The position numbers and the translations under genes were made by a program. Positions 52,421 through 62,112 of a DNA stretch of 64,000 nt are shown here, piece after piece (position 1 is the stretch's first letter; the number at the start of each line of letters is the position of its first letter). The DNA is from Candidatus Kaiserbacteria bacterium. Its GTDB lineage: Bacteria > Patescibacteriota > Minisyncoccia > Phycocordibacterales > JABMNX01. A model generated the notes under the pieces. The model did no database searches and was not told the origin of the DNA. It saw nothing but the letters and a program-made list of their open reading frames with translations. The DNA is taken from assembly GCA_016186705.1 (NCBI GenBank), contig JACPLB010000003.1, positions 18,508 through 82,507 of the forward strand. The letters run 5' to 3'.

Positions 52421-52663
52421 TTAAATCAGACCCGCCCTCTTGAGTGTCTTGTAGGCGCCATTCTTGTTAATAGTCTTGATTGCCGTCGTTGAGAGCACGA
52501 GCGTTATTTTCTTGTTGAGTTCCGGAATAAAAAAAGTCTTTTTTTGAAAATTCGGCTGACGCCTACTTTTACCGGTAGGATTAAATTGAGTCGCGCGGGT
52601 ACGATTGCTGTATCTGCCGCCGACCCGGGAGCTTTTATGTGAAACAGGGCATGTTTTTGCCAT
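52421..52663 (-). CDS. rpmB: 50S ribosomal protein L28
   Basis: The sequence is MAKTCPVSHKSSRVGGRYSNRTRATQFNPTG...TLVLSTTAIKTINKNG. Confidence 0.85.
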   Translation of the reverse strand: MAKTCPVSHKSSRVGGRYSNRTRATQFNPTGKSRRQPNFQKKTFFIPELNKKITLVLSTTAIKTINKNGAYKTLKRAGLI

Positions 52664-52671
52664 ATAATTTT

Positions 52672-52822
52672 TAGCTTTCAGGTGTTAGCTTTCAGCTTTT
52701 AGGAAAATTAAAGGAAAGAAAGCGACCTGAAGTACGAAGAATCTAACATTCATTTTATTTTTTTGCAAATGACCGGAAAAACCGGAAGCTGGAAGCTTCA
52801 AGCTAAAAGCGGTAAGCTGGTA
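52672..52822. repeat. two inverted arrays of tandem RRAAGCT heptamers flanking the divergent rpmB/M50-protease promoter region
   Basis: 52672-52704 reads tttagctttcaggtgttagctttcagcttttagg and 52786-52822 reads ggaagctggaagcttcaagctaaaagcggtaagctgg. Related arrays lie at 1988-2018, 22078-22110 and 25757-25772. Confidence 0.7.
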
Positions 52823-52824
52823 GT

Positions 52825-53457
52825 ATGCAGATTGAGCTTCTTTTTATCATCATCATTTTAATTCTCTCGGTCGTCATCCACGAGGCGGCGCATGGATACG
52901 CGGCAAACATGCTCGGCGACCCGACCGCGCGGCTCGCGGGGCGCCTGACGCTCAACCCTCTTAAGCACATTGACCTCCTCGGCTCGATTATCATTCCCGG
53001 CATTCTGGTTCTTTCAAGTTCGCCTTTTCTCTTCGGGTACGCGAAACCGGTGCCGTATAATCCATACAATCTCCGCAATCAAAAGTGGGGGGAAGCGTTC
53101 GTCGCGGGAGCCGGTCCCGGCATTAACGTCGTCATCGCGCTTGCCTTCGGCTTGATAGTGAGATTTGGCTCGGCGCTTAACCTCGTTACCCCGGCGTTCG
53201 TCGAGATAAGCACCGCTATCGTCTTCATCAACATTCTTCTCGCGGTCATCAACATGATTCCCATCCCGCCCTTAGACGGCTCGAAAGTGCTCGCGTCACT
53301 CTTGCCGCTCTCTGTGTCGCAATCTTACGCGCGTGTGCGCATGACGCTCGAACATAATATCTTTCTCGCGTTCGGGCTCGTCATCCTCTTCATTCTTCTT
53401 TTCGGTTCTGCGTTCGTGCAATTTATCTATTTCCTTACCTCGCTCATTATTGGTTAG
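52825..53457 (+). CDS. site-2 protease-family (M50) membrane zinc metalloprotease
   Basis: HExxH (VVIHEAAHGYAA) sits in TM1, and the downstream motif is LAVINMIPIPPLDGSKV. Confidence 0.85.
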   Translation: MQIELLFIIIILILSVVIHEAAHGYAANMLGDPTARLAGRLTLNPLKHIDLLGSIIIPGILVLSSSPFLFGYAKPVPYNPYNLRNQKWGEAFVAGAGPGINVVIALAFGLIVRFGSALNLVTPAFVEISTAIVFINILLAVINMIPIPPLDGSKVLASLLPLSVSQSYARVRMTLEHNIFLAFGLVILFILLFGSAFVQFIYFLTSLIIG

Positions 53458-53866
53458 TTGACAGATAGTATTTTATGCATTATGATTTTAGTTTAGATAC
53501 TCCTGATACACAACTAAATTGCGCAACCTTTTTCAGAAAGGAAATAACAATGATTAACCGCAACCTCAATAGTTTCAGCGAGAAAGATGAAAGGATTAAT
53601 GACTGGGTAATCGCTATCTACGTACTCCTACTCATTTTCATTGGCGTGATCAGTGCGATATATGGTCCCTCAGTCTCCGAGTTTCCCTTCTAGCTAGGGC
53701 ATGAAACGACTGGATCAAAATCTTCATCACGAACCTTTTCTGAATCTGCTCTCTGCCTTCTCGAAGGGCTCGGCGTTGCCGAGCCTTTTTGTTGCTTTTT
53801 CTTTCTAAAATAGTATAGTGTCTGCTACTGCGGACAGCAGTTTTTTGTTTCACACTATTTCATTAC

Positions 53867-54274
53867 ATGGCAACAACAAATCAATTAATACGCAGGAAGC
53901 GAAAACAGCCAATTACCAAGTCAAAGGCCATTGCTCTTACTCGTGGTTTTAATACGTTAAAAAATCGCCCGACAAAGTACCCTTCTCCGTTCAAACGTGG
54001 CGTGTGCACGAAAGTAACGACAAAAACTCCTAGAAAACCGAACTCCGCCATCCGAAAAATCGCGCGTGTCCGTCTCACGAACGGCATGGAAGTAACCGCC
54101 TACATTCCCGGCGAAGGACACAACCTTCAAGAGCACTCCGTCGTCCTTTTGCGCGGCGGACGAGTAAAAGACATCAACGTGCGATATACAATCGTTCGCG
54201 GAAAACTTGATACCGAGGGAATACCAAAACGAAAGCGGGCACGAAGCCGTTACGGAACTAAAAAGAGCGTGTAA
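53867..54274 (+). CDS. rpsL: 30S ribosomal protein S12 (with a short internal insertion)
   Basis: The conserved core is [60 protein letters not shown]. Confidence 0.9.
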   Translation: MATTNQLIRRKRKQPITKSKAIALTRGFNTLKNRPTKYPSPFKRGVCTKVTTKTPRKPNSAIRKIARVRLTNGMEVTAYIPGEGHNLQEHSVVLLRGGRVKDINVRYTIVRGKLDTEGIPKRKRARSRYGTKKSV

Positions 54275-54293
54275 TTTTGAACACTGAATCTCT

Positions 54294-54755
54294 ATGCGCA
54301 GGCCCCTTAAAAGAAAAACAGCGTTGCACCCTGACTTTACCTATAATTCGGTGAAAGTGGCAAAGTTCATCAACTGCATTATGGAGCGGGGGAAGAAAAA
54401 TACCGCCCGGAAAATCGTGTACGACACCTTTCATATACTGAAAGAGAAAGGAGACCCCGTTGAAATTTTTGAAACAGCAATTCGCAACGTCGAGCCGTCG
54501 GTTGAGGTTCGCTCGCGCCGGGTCGGAGGAGCAAACTATCAAGTTCCCGTTGAAGTCCGCGCGGAACGCCGACTGGCGCTCGCGATACGCTGGATTATCG
54601 AGGCGGCGCAAAATAGGAAAGGGATGCCTATGCATAAGAAGCTCGCTGACGAGCTTTTGCTTGCAAGTAAGAAAGAAGGAGAAGCGATAAAACGCCGGGA
54701 AAACACCCATAAGATGGCAGAAGCAAACAAAGCGTTTGCTCACTTTGCGTGGTAG
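54294..54755 (+). CDS. rpsG: 30S ribosomal protein S7
   Basis: The S7 core is KFINCIMERGKKNTARKIVYDTF...VEVRSRRVGGANYQVPVEV. Confidence 0.9.
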   Translation: MRRPLKRKTALHPDFTYNSVKVAKFINCIMERGKKNTARKIVYDTFHILKEKGDPVEIFETAIRNVEPSVEVRSRRVGGANYQVPVEVRAERRLALAIRWIIEAAQNRKGMPMHKKLADELLLASKKEGEAIKRRENTHKMAEANKAFAHFAW

Positions 54756-54867
54756 GTACACTCCACGTTTCAATTTTTTGAGTCCGGCAGACCCTTGCAT
54801 TTTTCATAACATGTGGTAAGAAAAGCATTGGTATACCAGTGCTTTTCTCGTACATACGGAGGCTCCA

Positions 54868-55530
54868 ATGAAGCAGGGGTACATACTCGTACTGTTTGCC
54901 ATTGTTCTCTCCGCATGCGCGGAGAGACATGATGACGCACTGCGCGTCCTTGACAGGGAACGTCTTGTCGGAGACGAAGCTGTCTCCTACGAAAACTGCA
55001 TGCCCCTTGTCCGTACCGGACGAGAGGTTCCTGATGACGCTCTTCCCGCATTTGAATTTATACGAGCCGTCTCCTCCCGAATCTTTTCGTGCGAGTACTA
55101 CCGAGGACAGCCGATAAAGGTTTTCGGACACGCGGTGCACATCAAAAAGAAACCGGTGCGCGCCGGCTATGGCTACGCGCTCGCCGATGGAAGCTCCGTC
55201 GTTAAAGAGCTTCTCTCGTCCCACAATCTCTTGTCGTACTACGAAGGCGAGCACGCGAAGATACGCGTGCGTGTTGAAAAACACCACTCGCATCTTTCCT
55301 CGTACGACAAGACGGTCGCCACGTACCTCGTTCAGGGACGGAACGACATTCTCCCGTGGAGGACGGTCGGGGCGCTGTCCGTTGTTGACTTCTCGAAGGG
55401 CGGTAGTGAGTACACTCTCTTCTTGTGGGTGCACGGCGCTCGACTCTCGACGAAGGACATCGTCGAGCGATTTGAAAAAATACTCCCAAACATTATCGCC
55501 CCATTTAACGTGGCGGCGAAGAAACCTTGA
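54868..55530 (+). CDS. hypothetical lipoprotein inserted between rpsG and fusA
   Basis: A GGAGG SD lies 7 nt upstream. The lipobox is LVLFAIVLSAC-AE. It uses G/C-ending codons and is followed by its own terminator. Confidence 0.55.
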   Translation: MKQGYILVLFAIVLSACAERHDDALRVLDRERLVGDEAVSYENCMPLVRTGREVPDDALPAFEFIRAVSSRIFSCEYYRGQPIKVFGHAVHIKKKPVRAGYGYALADGSSVVKELLSSHNLLSYYEGEHAKIRVRVEKHHSHLSSYDKTVATYLVQGRNDILPWRTVGALSVVDFSKGGSEYTLFLWVHGARLSTKDIVERFEKILPNIIAPFNVAAKKP

Positions 55531-55560
55531 CCCTGCGGAAACGCAGGGTCACGTTGTTTG
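55531..55560 (+). terminator. intrinsic terminator after the lipoprotein gene
   Basis: The sequence is ccctgcg-gaaa-cgcaggg tcacgttgttt. Confidence 0.6.
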
Positions 55561-55650
55561 TGGGCATCCCTGAAGTTGCATTCCCCGCCTTCATGCGCTA
55601 TTCTTCTTCTCATTGTGGCATTCTGTGCCACATTTTGTATTGTAGAGCGT

Positions 55651-57795
55651 ATGAAACGGGAATATCCACTTGAAAAAGTACGGAACTTTGGAATCATCGC
55701 GCACATTGATGCGGGGAAAACAACCACATCCGAGCGGGTGCTTTTTTATACCGGCATGAGCCATAAAATCGGCGAGGTACATGAGGGAGAAACCATTACC
55801 GACTGGATGGAGCAGGAGCGTGAGCGCGGCATTACGATTACCGCGGCGGCAGTATCGTGCTTCTGGACCAAGACGACCGACGACCCGACCGACCAAAACA
55901 AAAAACATCGCTTTAACATTATTGACACGCCGGGACACATCGACTTTACCGTTGAGGTGAAGCGTTCCATGCGCGTCCTCGACGGGGCGATTGTCGTTTT
56001 TGACGGCGTCTCCGGCGTTGAGCCCCAATCGGAAACCAACTGGCGTTACGCGGAAGAAGCGAAAGTTCCCCGCATCTGCTTTATCAATAAACTCGACCGC
56101 ACCGGCGCGAGTTTTGAACGTTCATACGCAAGCATTCTTGACCGGCTCTCGCCAAAAGCGGTGCGCATGCAGATACCTATCGGCGAAGAAGGAGAACATG
56201 TAGGAATTGTCGACCTGCTTTCCATGAGGGGGTATCACTTTGAAGGAAAAAATGGAGAAAAAGTTCTCGCCGTTGATGTTCCGGAGTATCTGAAAACGGA
56301 CGCGGAGAAGTATCGAGGAGAACTCATAGAAAAAATTGTCGAGCATGATGACGCGCTCATGCACCAGTACCTTGAAGGGAAAGAGATTCCTCTTGAGGAA
56401 CTCAAGAAGACCCTCCGAAAGGCAGTCATTGCAAACTCCATATTCCCCGTCTACGCAGGGTCCGCCCTCAAGAACAAAGGCGTCCAGCTTATACTTGACG
56501 CGGTTGTCGACTACCTCCCTTCTCCTGTTGACTTGCCTCCTGTCAAAGGGATTGACCCGAAAACGGGAGAAGAAATCGAGCGAAAGCCGTCGGACGATGA
56601 GCCGTTCTCGGCGCTTGCGTTCAAGCTTCAGACCGACCCGTTCGTCGGGCAGCTCGCCTTTTTCCGCGTGTACTCCGGTATTGTGGAAGCCGGTTCCTAT
56701 ATTTACAATTCAACAACGAGAGAGAAAGAGCGTCTCGGTCGCATCGTTCGTCTTCAGGCGGATAAACGTGAAGAAGTGAAAGCGGTCTTTACCGGAGAAA
56801 TCGCGGCGGCAGTTGGACTTAAAGACACAAGAACATCCCACACGCTCTGTGACATTGACCACCCCATCATTCTTGAAGCGATTGTATTTCCGGAGCCGGT
56901 CGTATCACTCCGCATTGAACCGAAGACAAAAGCCGACCAGGAGAAAATGGGCATGGCGCTCAAGAAACTTTCAGACGAAGACCCGACGTTCCGCGTGAGT
57001 TCCAACCAAGAGACCTTTGAAACGGTCATCTCCGGCATGGGGGAACTTCACCTTGAAATTATCGTTGACCGCATGAAGCGCGAATTCGGCGTTCTTGCGG
57101 ACGTCGGCAAGCCGCAGGTCGCGTACAAAGAAACTATTCAAGGTCATGCCGAAGCGGAACACAAATACATCAAACAGTCGGGGGGTCGCGGGCAGTACGG
57201 TCACGTAAAAATTTTAATTAAACCGCTTGAGCCACTCGTTCCGGGCGCGAAAATTCCAAAGAATGTGAAGCGAAGCGAGCACTTTGAATTCGTGAACAAC
57301 ATCAAGGGAGGAGTCATTCCGAACGAATTTATTCCCGCGGTTGAAAAAGGCATTAAAGAAGCGATGGAGCGGGGAATTCTCGCCGGTTACAAGGCGGTTG
57401 ACATTTCCGTTTCTCTTTTTGACGGTTCGTACCACGACGTTGACTCATCCGAAATTGCCTTTAAAATCGCGGGCTCCCAAGCGTTTCAGGATGCGGCGAA
57501 GCGCGCGAAACCAGTACTGCTCGAGCCGATTATGAAAGTGGAAGTAGTTACGCCGGAAAAATTCATGGGCGACGTAAACGGACACCTCAATTCCAAGCGC
57601 GGACACGTCGAGAGTATAGAAGACCGCGCCGGCAACAAAGCGATTCTCGCGAAGGTGCCGCTCTCTGAAATGTTCGGATACACGACGACCTTGCGCTCAA
57701 TGACGGAAGGACGCGCAAGTTCAACTATGGAATTCGACCACTACGCGGTCGTGCCGTCAAACGTTGCCAAAGAGATTATTGAAGCTCGCTCGTAG
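55651..57795 (+). CDS. fusA: elongation factor G
   Basis: The start is [31 protein letters not shown], and all five EF-G domains are present. Confidence 0.95.
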   Translation: MKREYPLEKVRNFGIIAHIDAGKTTTSERVLFYTGMSHKIGEVHEGETITDWMEQERERGITITAAAVSCFWTKTTDDPTDQNKKHRFNIIDTPGHIDFTVEVKRSMRVLDGAIVVFDGVSGVEPQSETNWRYAEEAKVPRICFINKLDRTGASFERSYASILDRLSPKAVRMQIPIGEEGEHVGIVDLLSMRGYHFEGKNGEKVLAVDVPEYLKTDAEKYRGELIEKIVEHDDALMHQYLEGKEIPLEELKKTLRKAVIANSIFPVYAGSALKNKGVQLILDAVVDYLPSPVDLPPVKGIDPKTGEEIERKPSDDEPFSALAFKLQTDPFVGQLAFFRVYSGIVEAGSYIYNSTTREKERLGRIVRLQADKREEVKAVFTGEIAAAVGLKDTRTSHTLCDIDHPIILEAIVFPEPVVSLRIEPKTKADQEKMGMALKKLSDEDPTFRVSSNQETFETVISGMGELHLEIIVDRMKREFGVLADVGKPQVAYKETIQGHAEAEHKYIKQSGGRGQYGHVKILIKPLEPLVPGAKIPKNVKRSEHFEFVNNIKGGVIPNEFIPAVEKGIKEAMERGILAGYKAVDISVSLFDGSYHDVDSSEIAFKIAGSQAFQDAAKRAKPVLLEPIMKVEVVTPEKFMGDVNGHLNSKRGHVESIEDRAGNKAILAKVPLSEMFGYTTTLRSMTEGRASSTMEFDHYAVVPSNVAKEIIEARS

Positions 57796-57852
57796 CAAGA
57801 CTTCTTTTATTCTGTGGTAGAATATATAGAGACAAATAGCAGGAGCTAACTC

Positions 57853-58041
57853 ATGAAAAAGACATCGCCGCTTCCGCCTCTCTTCTTTGACGACTACTTT
57901 TCTCAACGCATCAGAAGGGGCGAGAAGCCGAAGTACGGTTACCCCGTGTCTCCACCTGTCGTGCTTCCAAAGAACACTCCTCCGATGGAGGTCAAGACCG
58001 GCTTCATGGCAGGCAGGCGCGCTCAAAAAAAGAGCTCGTAA
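57853..58041 (+). CDS. hypothetical small Pro-rich protein (62 aa) between fusA and tuf
   Basis: An extended -10 TGgTAGAAT lies upstream at about 57820, an AGGAG SD 9 nt upstream, and a strong terminator at 58051-58082 downstream. Confidence 0.45.
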   Translation: MKKTSPLPPLFFDDYFSQRIRRGEKPKYGYPVSPPVVLPKNTPPMEVKTGFMAGRRAQKKSS

Positions 58042-58050
58042 ACTTGAATC

Positions 58051-58082
58051 GCCCCGTCCGCGCACGTTTTGCGCGGACGGGC
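58051..58082 (+). terminator. intrinsic terminator
   Basis: The sequence is gccccgtccgcgcac-gttt-tgcgcggacgggc. Confidence 0.65.
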
Positions 58083-58238
58083 TTGACTTTTAGAGGTCTT
58101 TTGCTAGCATAATCGTATCGCATGACGCGTGTTTTTTTATGCGGAAAGCTTCCGCACATTATGAGTCGTTAATTATTAGTTTTCGGACATACATCATTGT
58201 TCTCGCGCATGTAAGTCTCGAAGTTATAAAGAATTATT

Positions 58239-59435
58239 ATGGCAGAATTCGATCGTTCAAAGCCGCACGTAAACGTCGGTACCATCGGTCACGTTGACCA
58301 CGGAAAGACGACGCTTACCGCGGGCATCCTCCATGTTCTCAATATGGCGGGTAATGGGTATGGCGCAAACGTCAAAGGCGTTGACCAGATTGACAGCGCG
58401 CCGGAAGAAAAAGCACGAGGCATTACCATCGCGCTTTCTCACAACGAGTACTGGACTCCGTCGCGTCACTACGCGCACATTGACGCTCCCGGACACGCGG
58501 ATTACATCAAAAACATGATTACCGGCGCCGCGCAGATGGACGGCGCGGTCTTGGTTGTCGCGGCCTCTGACGGCGTGATGCCACAGACTCGCGAACACAT
58601 TCTCCTTGCGCGCCAGGTCGGCGTGCCAAAAATTATCGTGTTTCTCAATAAAGTCGACCAGGTTGACGACAAAGACCTCATCGACCTTGTTGAAGAAGAA
58701 ATACGAGAACTTCTCAATAAGTACGAATTTGACGGAACAAATGTGCCGATTATTCGAGGTTCAGGTCTCAAAGCACTTGAATCTAAGTCAGTGGACGACG
58801 AGTGGGCGAAGAAGATTATGGAGCTCGTGAAATCGCTTGACGAGTATATTCCAATTCCAAAACGCGAAACTGATAAGCCATTCCTGATGCCGATAGAAGA
58901 CATCTTCTCGATTGAAGGACGCGGAACAGTGGTCACCGGACGAATTGAACGCGGTATCGTCAAAGTCGGCGAAGACGTTGAAGTCGTCGGCATCAAAGAC
59001 ACCATTAAGACAACCGTGACCGGAGTTGAGATGTTCAACAAGCAACTCCAGGAGGGCCAGGCGGGAGACAATGCCGGAGTATTGCTTCGTGGAACGAAAA
59101 AAGAAGACGTTCACCGGGGACAAGTACTCGCAAAGCCGGGTTCCATCACTCCCCACACTGAATTTGACGCGGAGGTCTACATTCTCAATAAAGATGAAGG
59201 CGGACGCCACACACCGTTCTTCACCGGATACAAGCCGCAGTTCTATATGCGAACAACGGACGTGACCGGAGAAGTAACGCTCCCTCAAGGAACCGAAATG
59301 GTCATGCCGGGAGACACGATTACCTTTAAAGTAAAACTTGTGGGGCCAATCGCGCTCGAAGAGCAACAGCGGTTCGCCATTCGCGAGGGGGGTAAGACCG
59401 TCGGTGCCGGAGTGGTGACAAAGGTTGTTGCCTAA
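58239..59435 (+). CDS. tuf: elongation factor Tu
   Basis: The start is [23 protein letters not shown] and the protein is full-length EF-Tu. Confidence 0.95.
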   Translation: MAEFDRSKPHVNVGTIGHVDHGKTTLTAGILHVLNMAGNGYGANVKGVDQIDSAPEEKARGITIALSHNEYWTPSRHYAHIDAPGHADYIKNMITGAAQMDGAVLVVAASDGVMPQTREHILLARQVGVPKIIVFLNKVDQVDDKDLIDLVEEEIRELLNKYEFDGTNVPIIRGSGLKALESKSVDDEWAKKIMELVKSLDEYIPIPKRETDKPFLMPIEDIFSIEGRGTVVTGRIERGIVKVGEDVEVVGIKDTIKTTVTGVEMFNKQLQEGQAGDNAGVLLRGTKKEDVHRGQVLAKPGSITPHTEFDAEVYILNKDEGGRHTPFFTGYKPQFYMRTTDVTGEVTLPQGTEMVMPGDTITFKVKLVGPIALEEQQRFAIREGGKTVGAGVVTKVVA

Positions 59436-59498
59436 CGCACCAATTTCTTTTTTCGGTGAAGCGATTTGGCATGCTACAATGCATGCACGGATAGAACA

Positions 59499-59927
59499 AT
59501 GACAACTAAAGAAACGTCAAAGAAAAAGACATCAAGGAAACCGGCTGTAAAGAAAACCGCAGCGCGGAAGAGGCATCCCGCAAAGGTCTCTAAGCTTGTT
59601 GTCAAAGAAAAAGAAGCGGGTATTGAGCGTCTGCGTATCCGAGTGCGCGCCTATGAGCATAAACTCCTCGACGTGTCCGTGAAGCAGATTATCGACACCG
59701 CCCTCCGGTATGACGCAGACATCGTAGGGCCCGTCCCGCTTCCGACGGAGAGGAAGCGCTACACGGTCAATCGCTCGACGTTCGTGTACAAAGACGCGCG
59801 AGAACAATTTGAAATGCGCGTGCACAAGCGGATGATTGATATTCTCAATCCAACGCAGAAAGTCATTGAATCGCTCACTAACCTCTCTCTTCCGTCAGGA
59901 GTCTCAATTGACGTGAAGATGATGTAG
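59499..59927 (+). CDS. rpsJ: 30S ribosomal protein S10 with a Lys-rich N-terminal extension
   Basis: The S10 core is RLRIRVRAYEHKLLDVSVKQIIDTALRYDADIVGPVPLPTERKRYTVNRS. The extension is TKETSKKKTSRKPAVKKTAARKR. Confidence 0.85.
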   Translation: MTTKETSKKKTSRKPAVKKTAARKRHPAKVSKLVVKEKEAGIERLRIRVRAYEHKLLDVSVKQIIDTALRYDADIVGPVPLPTERKRYTVNRSTFVYKDAREQFEMRVHKRMIDILNPTQKVIESLTNLSLPSGVSIDVKMM

Positions 59928-60057
59928 AAATGAAGGAGTCCCAAAGTATCGGGACGACTATCATTTCAAAATCCCGCCAACGGCGAGGATGTAATACATC
60001 AGGTTTTAGCCCGCCTTGCCGTCGGGCAGGCTTGGAGCTTTTAACTTTCAGTTACAG

Positions 60058-60090
60058 GACGCCGCCCGAGAGGGCGGCGTCGTATTTTCT
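60058..60090 (+). terminator. strong intrinsic terminator inside the 310-nt rpsJ-rplC spacer
   Basis: The hairpin gacgccgccc-gaga-gggcggcgtc is followed by gtattttct. Confidence 0.7.
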
Positions 60091-60237
60091 CCTTGCATTT
60101 TTAATACTGCCCTGTATACTCTCTCTGTCCGCCCTGTGGGCGGAGCTATGTCCCCGATACCTCGCCTTGGGCAGATTGGGGACCGATGGCAGACATTCCG
60201 CACGTGGAATCTCTCCATTGCGGATTTTTTCATAATC

Positions 60238-60864
60238 ATGAAGAAATTTATCTTAGGCACAAAACAATACATGACGCAGATTTTTGACGACGCGGGTGCT
60301 GCGCACCCGGCGACGGTTCTCTCCGCGGGTCCCGTGACGATAACGCAACTGAAAAATGCCGAGCGAGACGGGTACAGCGCGGTGCAAGTCGGATATGAGG
60401 AGCAAAGCAAGAAAAACATGCCAAAGGCAAAACTCGGACATCTCAAGGACTTGAATCTCCTCCGGCATCTGCGCGAGTTCAGACTCTCACCCGACGGAAA
60501 AGAGACATACAAACGAGGTGACACAATCAATGTTTCCATATTTACCCCCGGAGACGTCGTTGAAGTCTCGGCAGTTTCAAAAGGGAAAGGATTCCAGGGG
60601 GTCGTAAAGCGACATGGCTTTCACGGCGGCCCGCGCACGCATGGGCAAAAACATTCCGAACGCGAGCCGGGTTCAATCGGAGGCGCCGGACGCGCAGGCG
60701 GCCGCGTGGCAAAAGGCATGCGTATGGCGGGACGCATGGGAGGAGACCGAGTAACGGTAAAGAATCTCAAAGTACTTCAAGTTGACACGGAACACAACCG
60801 AATTGTTCTTCGTGGAGCTGTTCCCGGACGCCGAGGGACTTTGGTTGAAATTCGGGTTAAATAA
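60238..60864 (+). CDS. rplC: 50S ribosomal protein L3
   Basis: The start is MKKFILGTKQYMTQIFDDAG and the motif ...FQGVVKRHGFHGGPRTHGQ follows. Confidence 0.9.
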   Translation: MKKFILGTKQYMTQIFDDAGAAHPATVLSAGPVTITQLKNAERDGYSAVQVGYEEQSKKNMPKAKLGHLKDLNLLRHLREFRLSPDGKETYKRGDTINVSIFTPGDVVEVSAVSKGKGFQGVVKRHGFHGGPRTHGQKHSEREPGSIGGAGRAGGRVAKGMRMAGRMGGDRVTVKNLKVLQVDTEHNRIVLRGAVPGRRGTLVEIRVK

Positions 60865-60878
60865 CACAGACGCGACCG

Positions 60879-61667
60879 ATGCTGTATATGAATAAAGAAA
60901 CTTCAAAACAAAAGACTTCAAAAAAGAAATCAACCGTTTCTGTCGAAGCGGAACTAAAGGCCGATATCTATAACCAGGAAGGGAAAGCGGTCGGAACCAT
61001 TCCGCTTCCCGGAAGTGTCTTTGCTGTGCCGTGGAATGCAGACTTGATGCACCAAGTTATTATCGGATTCCAAGCGAACAAGAGAACACCGGTTGCGCAC
61101 ACGAAAGACCGCGGCGAAGTGCGGGGAGGAGGACGAAAACCGTGGCGCCAGAAAGGAACGGGACGCGCGCGGCACGGATCTATCCGCTCGCCTTTGTGGC
61201 GCGGAGGAGGCGTTACCTTCGGTCCACGGAACGAAAAAGATTACGGGAAAAAGATAAACAGAAAAATGCGCGCGAAGGCGCTCTGCATCGCGCTTTCAAA
61301 AAAGTTGCGTGACAATGAACTTCTTTTTATAGATACGCTTACACTCGGGTCTCCGAAGACAAAGGACGCGAAACGCATCGCCGAAGCCCTCTCTGGTATT
61401 AAGGGCTTTGGCGCGCTCCTCTCAAAGAAACGCAATAGCGCACTCATTGCGATTCAAGAAAAAGATACTGCCATTGAGAAAAGTTTCAGCAACTTCGGGA
61501 ACATTCATATTGATGAAGTACGGAATCTGAATGCGCTTGATATACTCGGCTATAAGTATGTTATTATCACGAAGCCACACGAGGCGGTCGCGTTCCTTAC
61601 GGGGAAGCTTAACGCCTCCAAAATGAAGAAAATGCGGACGGAGAAGGAAGTTTCGGCGAAAAAATAA
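60879..61667 (+). CDS. rplD: 50S ribosomal protein L4 with a K-rich N-terminal extension
   Basis: The L4 motif is GGGRKPWRQKGTGRARHGSIRSPLWRGGGVTFGP. Confidence 0.9.
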   Translation: MLYMNKETSKQKTSKKKSTVSVEAELKADIYNQEGKAVGTIPLPGSVFAVPWNADLMHQVIIGFQANKRTPVAHTKDRGEVRGGGRKPWRQKGTGRARHGSIRSPLWRGGGVTFGPRNEKDYGKKINRKMRAKALCIALSKKLRDNELLFIDTLTLGSPKTKDAKRIAEALSGIKGFGALLSKKRNSALIAIQEKDTAIEKSFSNFGNIHIDEVRNLNALDILGYKYVIITKPHEAVAFLTGKLNASKMKKMRTEKEVSAKK

Positions 61668-61685
61668 AGGGAGTATTTATAAAAA

Positions 61686-62108
61686 ATGGCATTATTTCGA
61701 TTAAAAAAAGACACCGAGAAAGAAAAGCCGAAACCGGAAAAGGTTTCTGTTTTGAAGAGAGAAGCAATTGAAAAAAAGTCGGTTGAAGTTGGCGATGCTC
61801 TTCGTGCACCGCTTGGATACGACAAAGATATTGCTTCAGTATTGCTTCATCCACGTGTGACGGAAAAGGCGACCGTAGAATCAGAACGGGGAGTTTACGT
61901 CTTTAATGTATCGCCCCGGGCGACCAAGAAAAACGTCAAGGAAGCAATCGAGTGGCTGTACAAAGTATCTCCGCGGAAAATCAATATCGTCAGCGTACCC
62001 TTAAAAAACGTGCGAGTGCGCGACGGAAGAAACCTTTTTGGCAAAAAGCGCGGCGGAAAGAAAGCGTACGTGTACGTAAAAAAAGGAGATAGTATCGATA
62101 TTGTATAA
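61686..62108 (+). CDS. rplW: 50S ribosomal protein L23 with an N-terminal extension
   Basis: The L23 core is LLHPRVTEKATVESERGVYVFNVSPRATKKNVKEAIEWLYKV. Confidence 0.85.
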   Translation: MALFRLKKDTEKEKPKPEKVSVLKREAIEKKSVEVGDALRAPLGYDKDIASVLLHPRVTEKATVESERGVYVFNVSPRATKKNVKEAIEWLYKVSPRKINIVSVPLKNVRVRDGRNLFGKKRGGKKAYVYVKKGDSIDIV

Positions 62109-62112
62109 ACCT

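Noticed and set aside
54628-55434. 268-codon minus-strand ORF antisense to the lipoprotein gene.
   Set aside because: It has no SD, it lies antisense within the str operon, and its composition is Arg/Ser-rich and typical of GC-rich antisense frames. The plus-strand ORF has an SD, a lipobox and a terminator.
59930-60235. 101-codon plus-strand ORF filling the rpsJ-rplC spacer.
   Set aside because: The start overlaps the rpsJ stop with no SD, the composition is Arg/Ser/Leu-rich, and the frame runs straight through a strong terminator hairpin. I treat it as a structured noncoding spacer.
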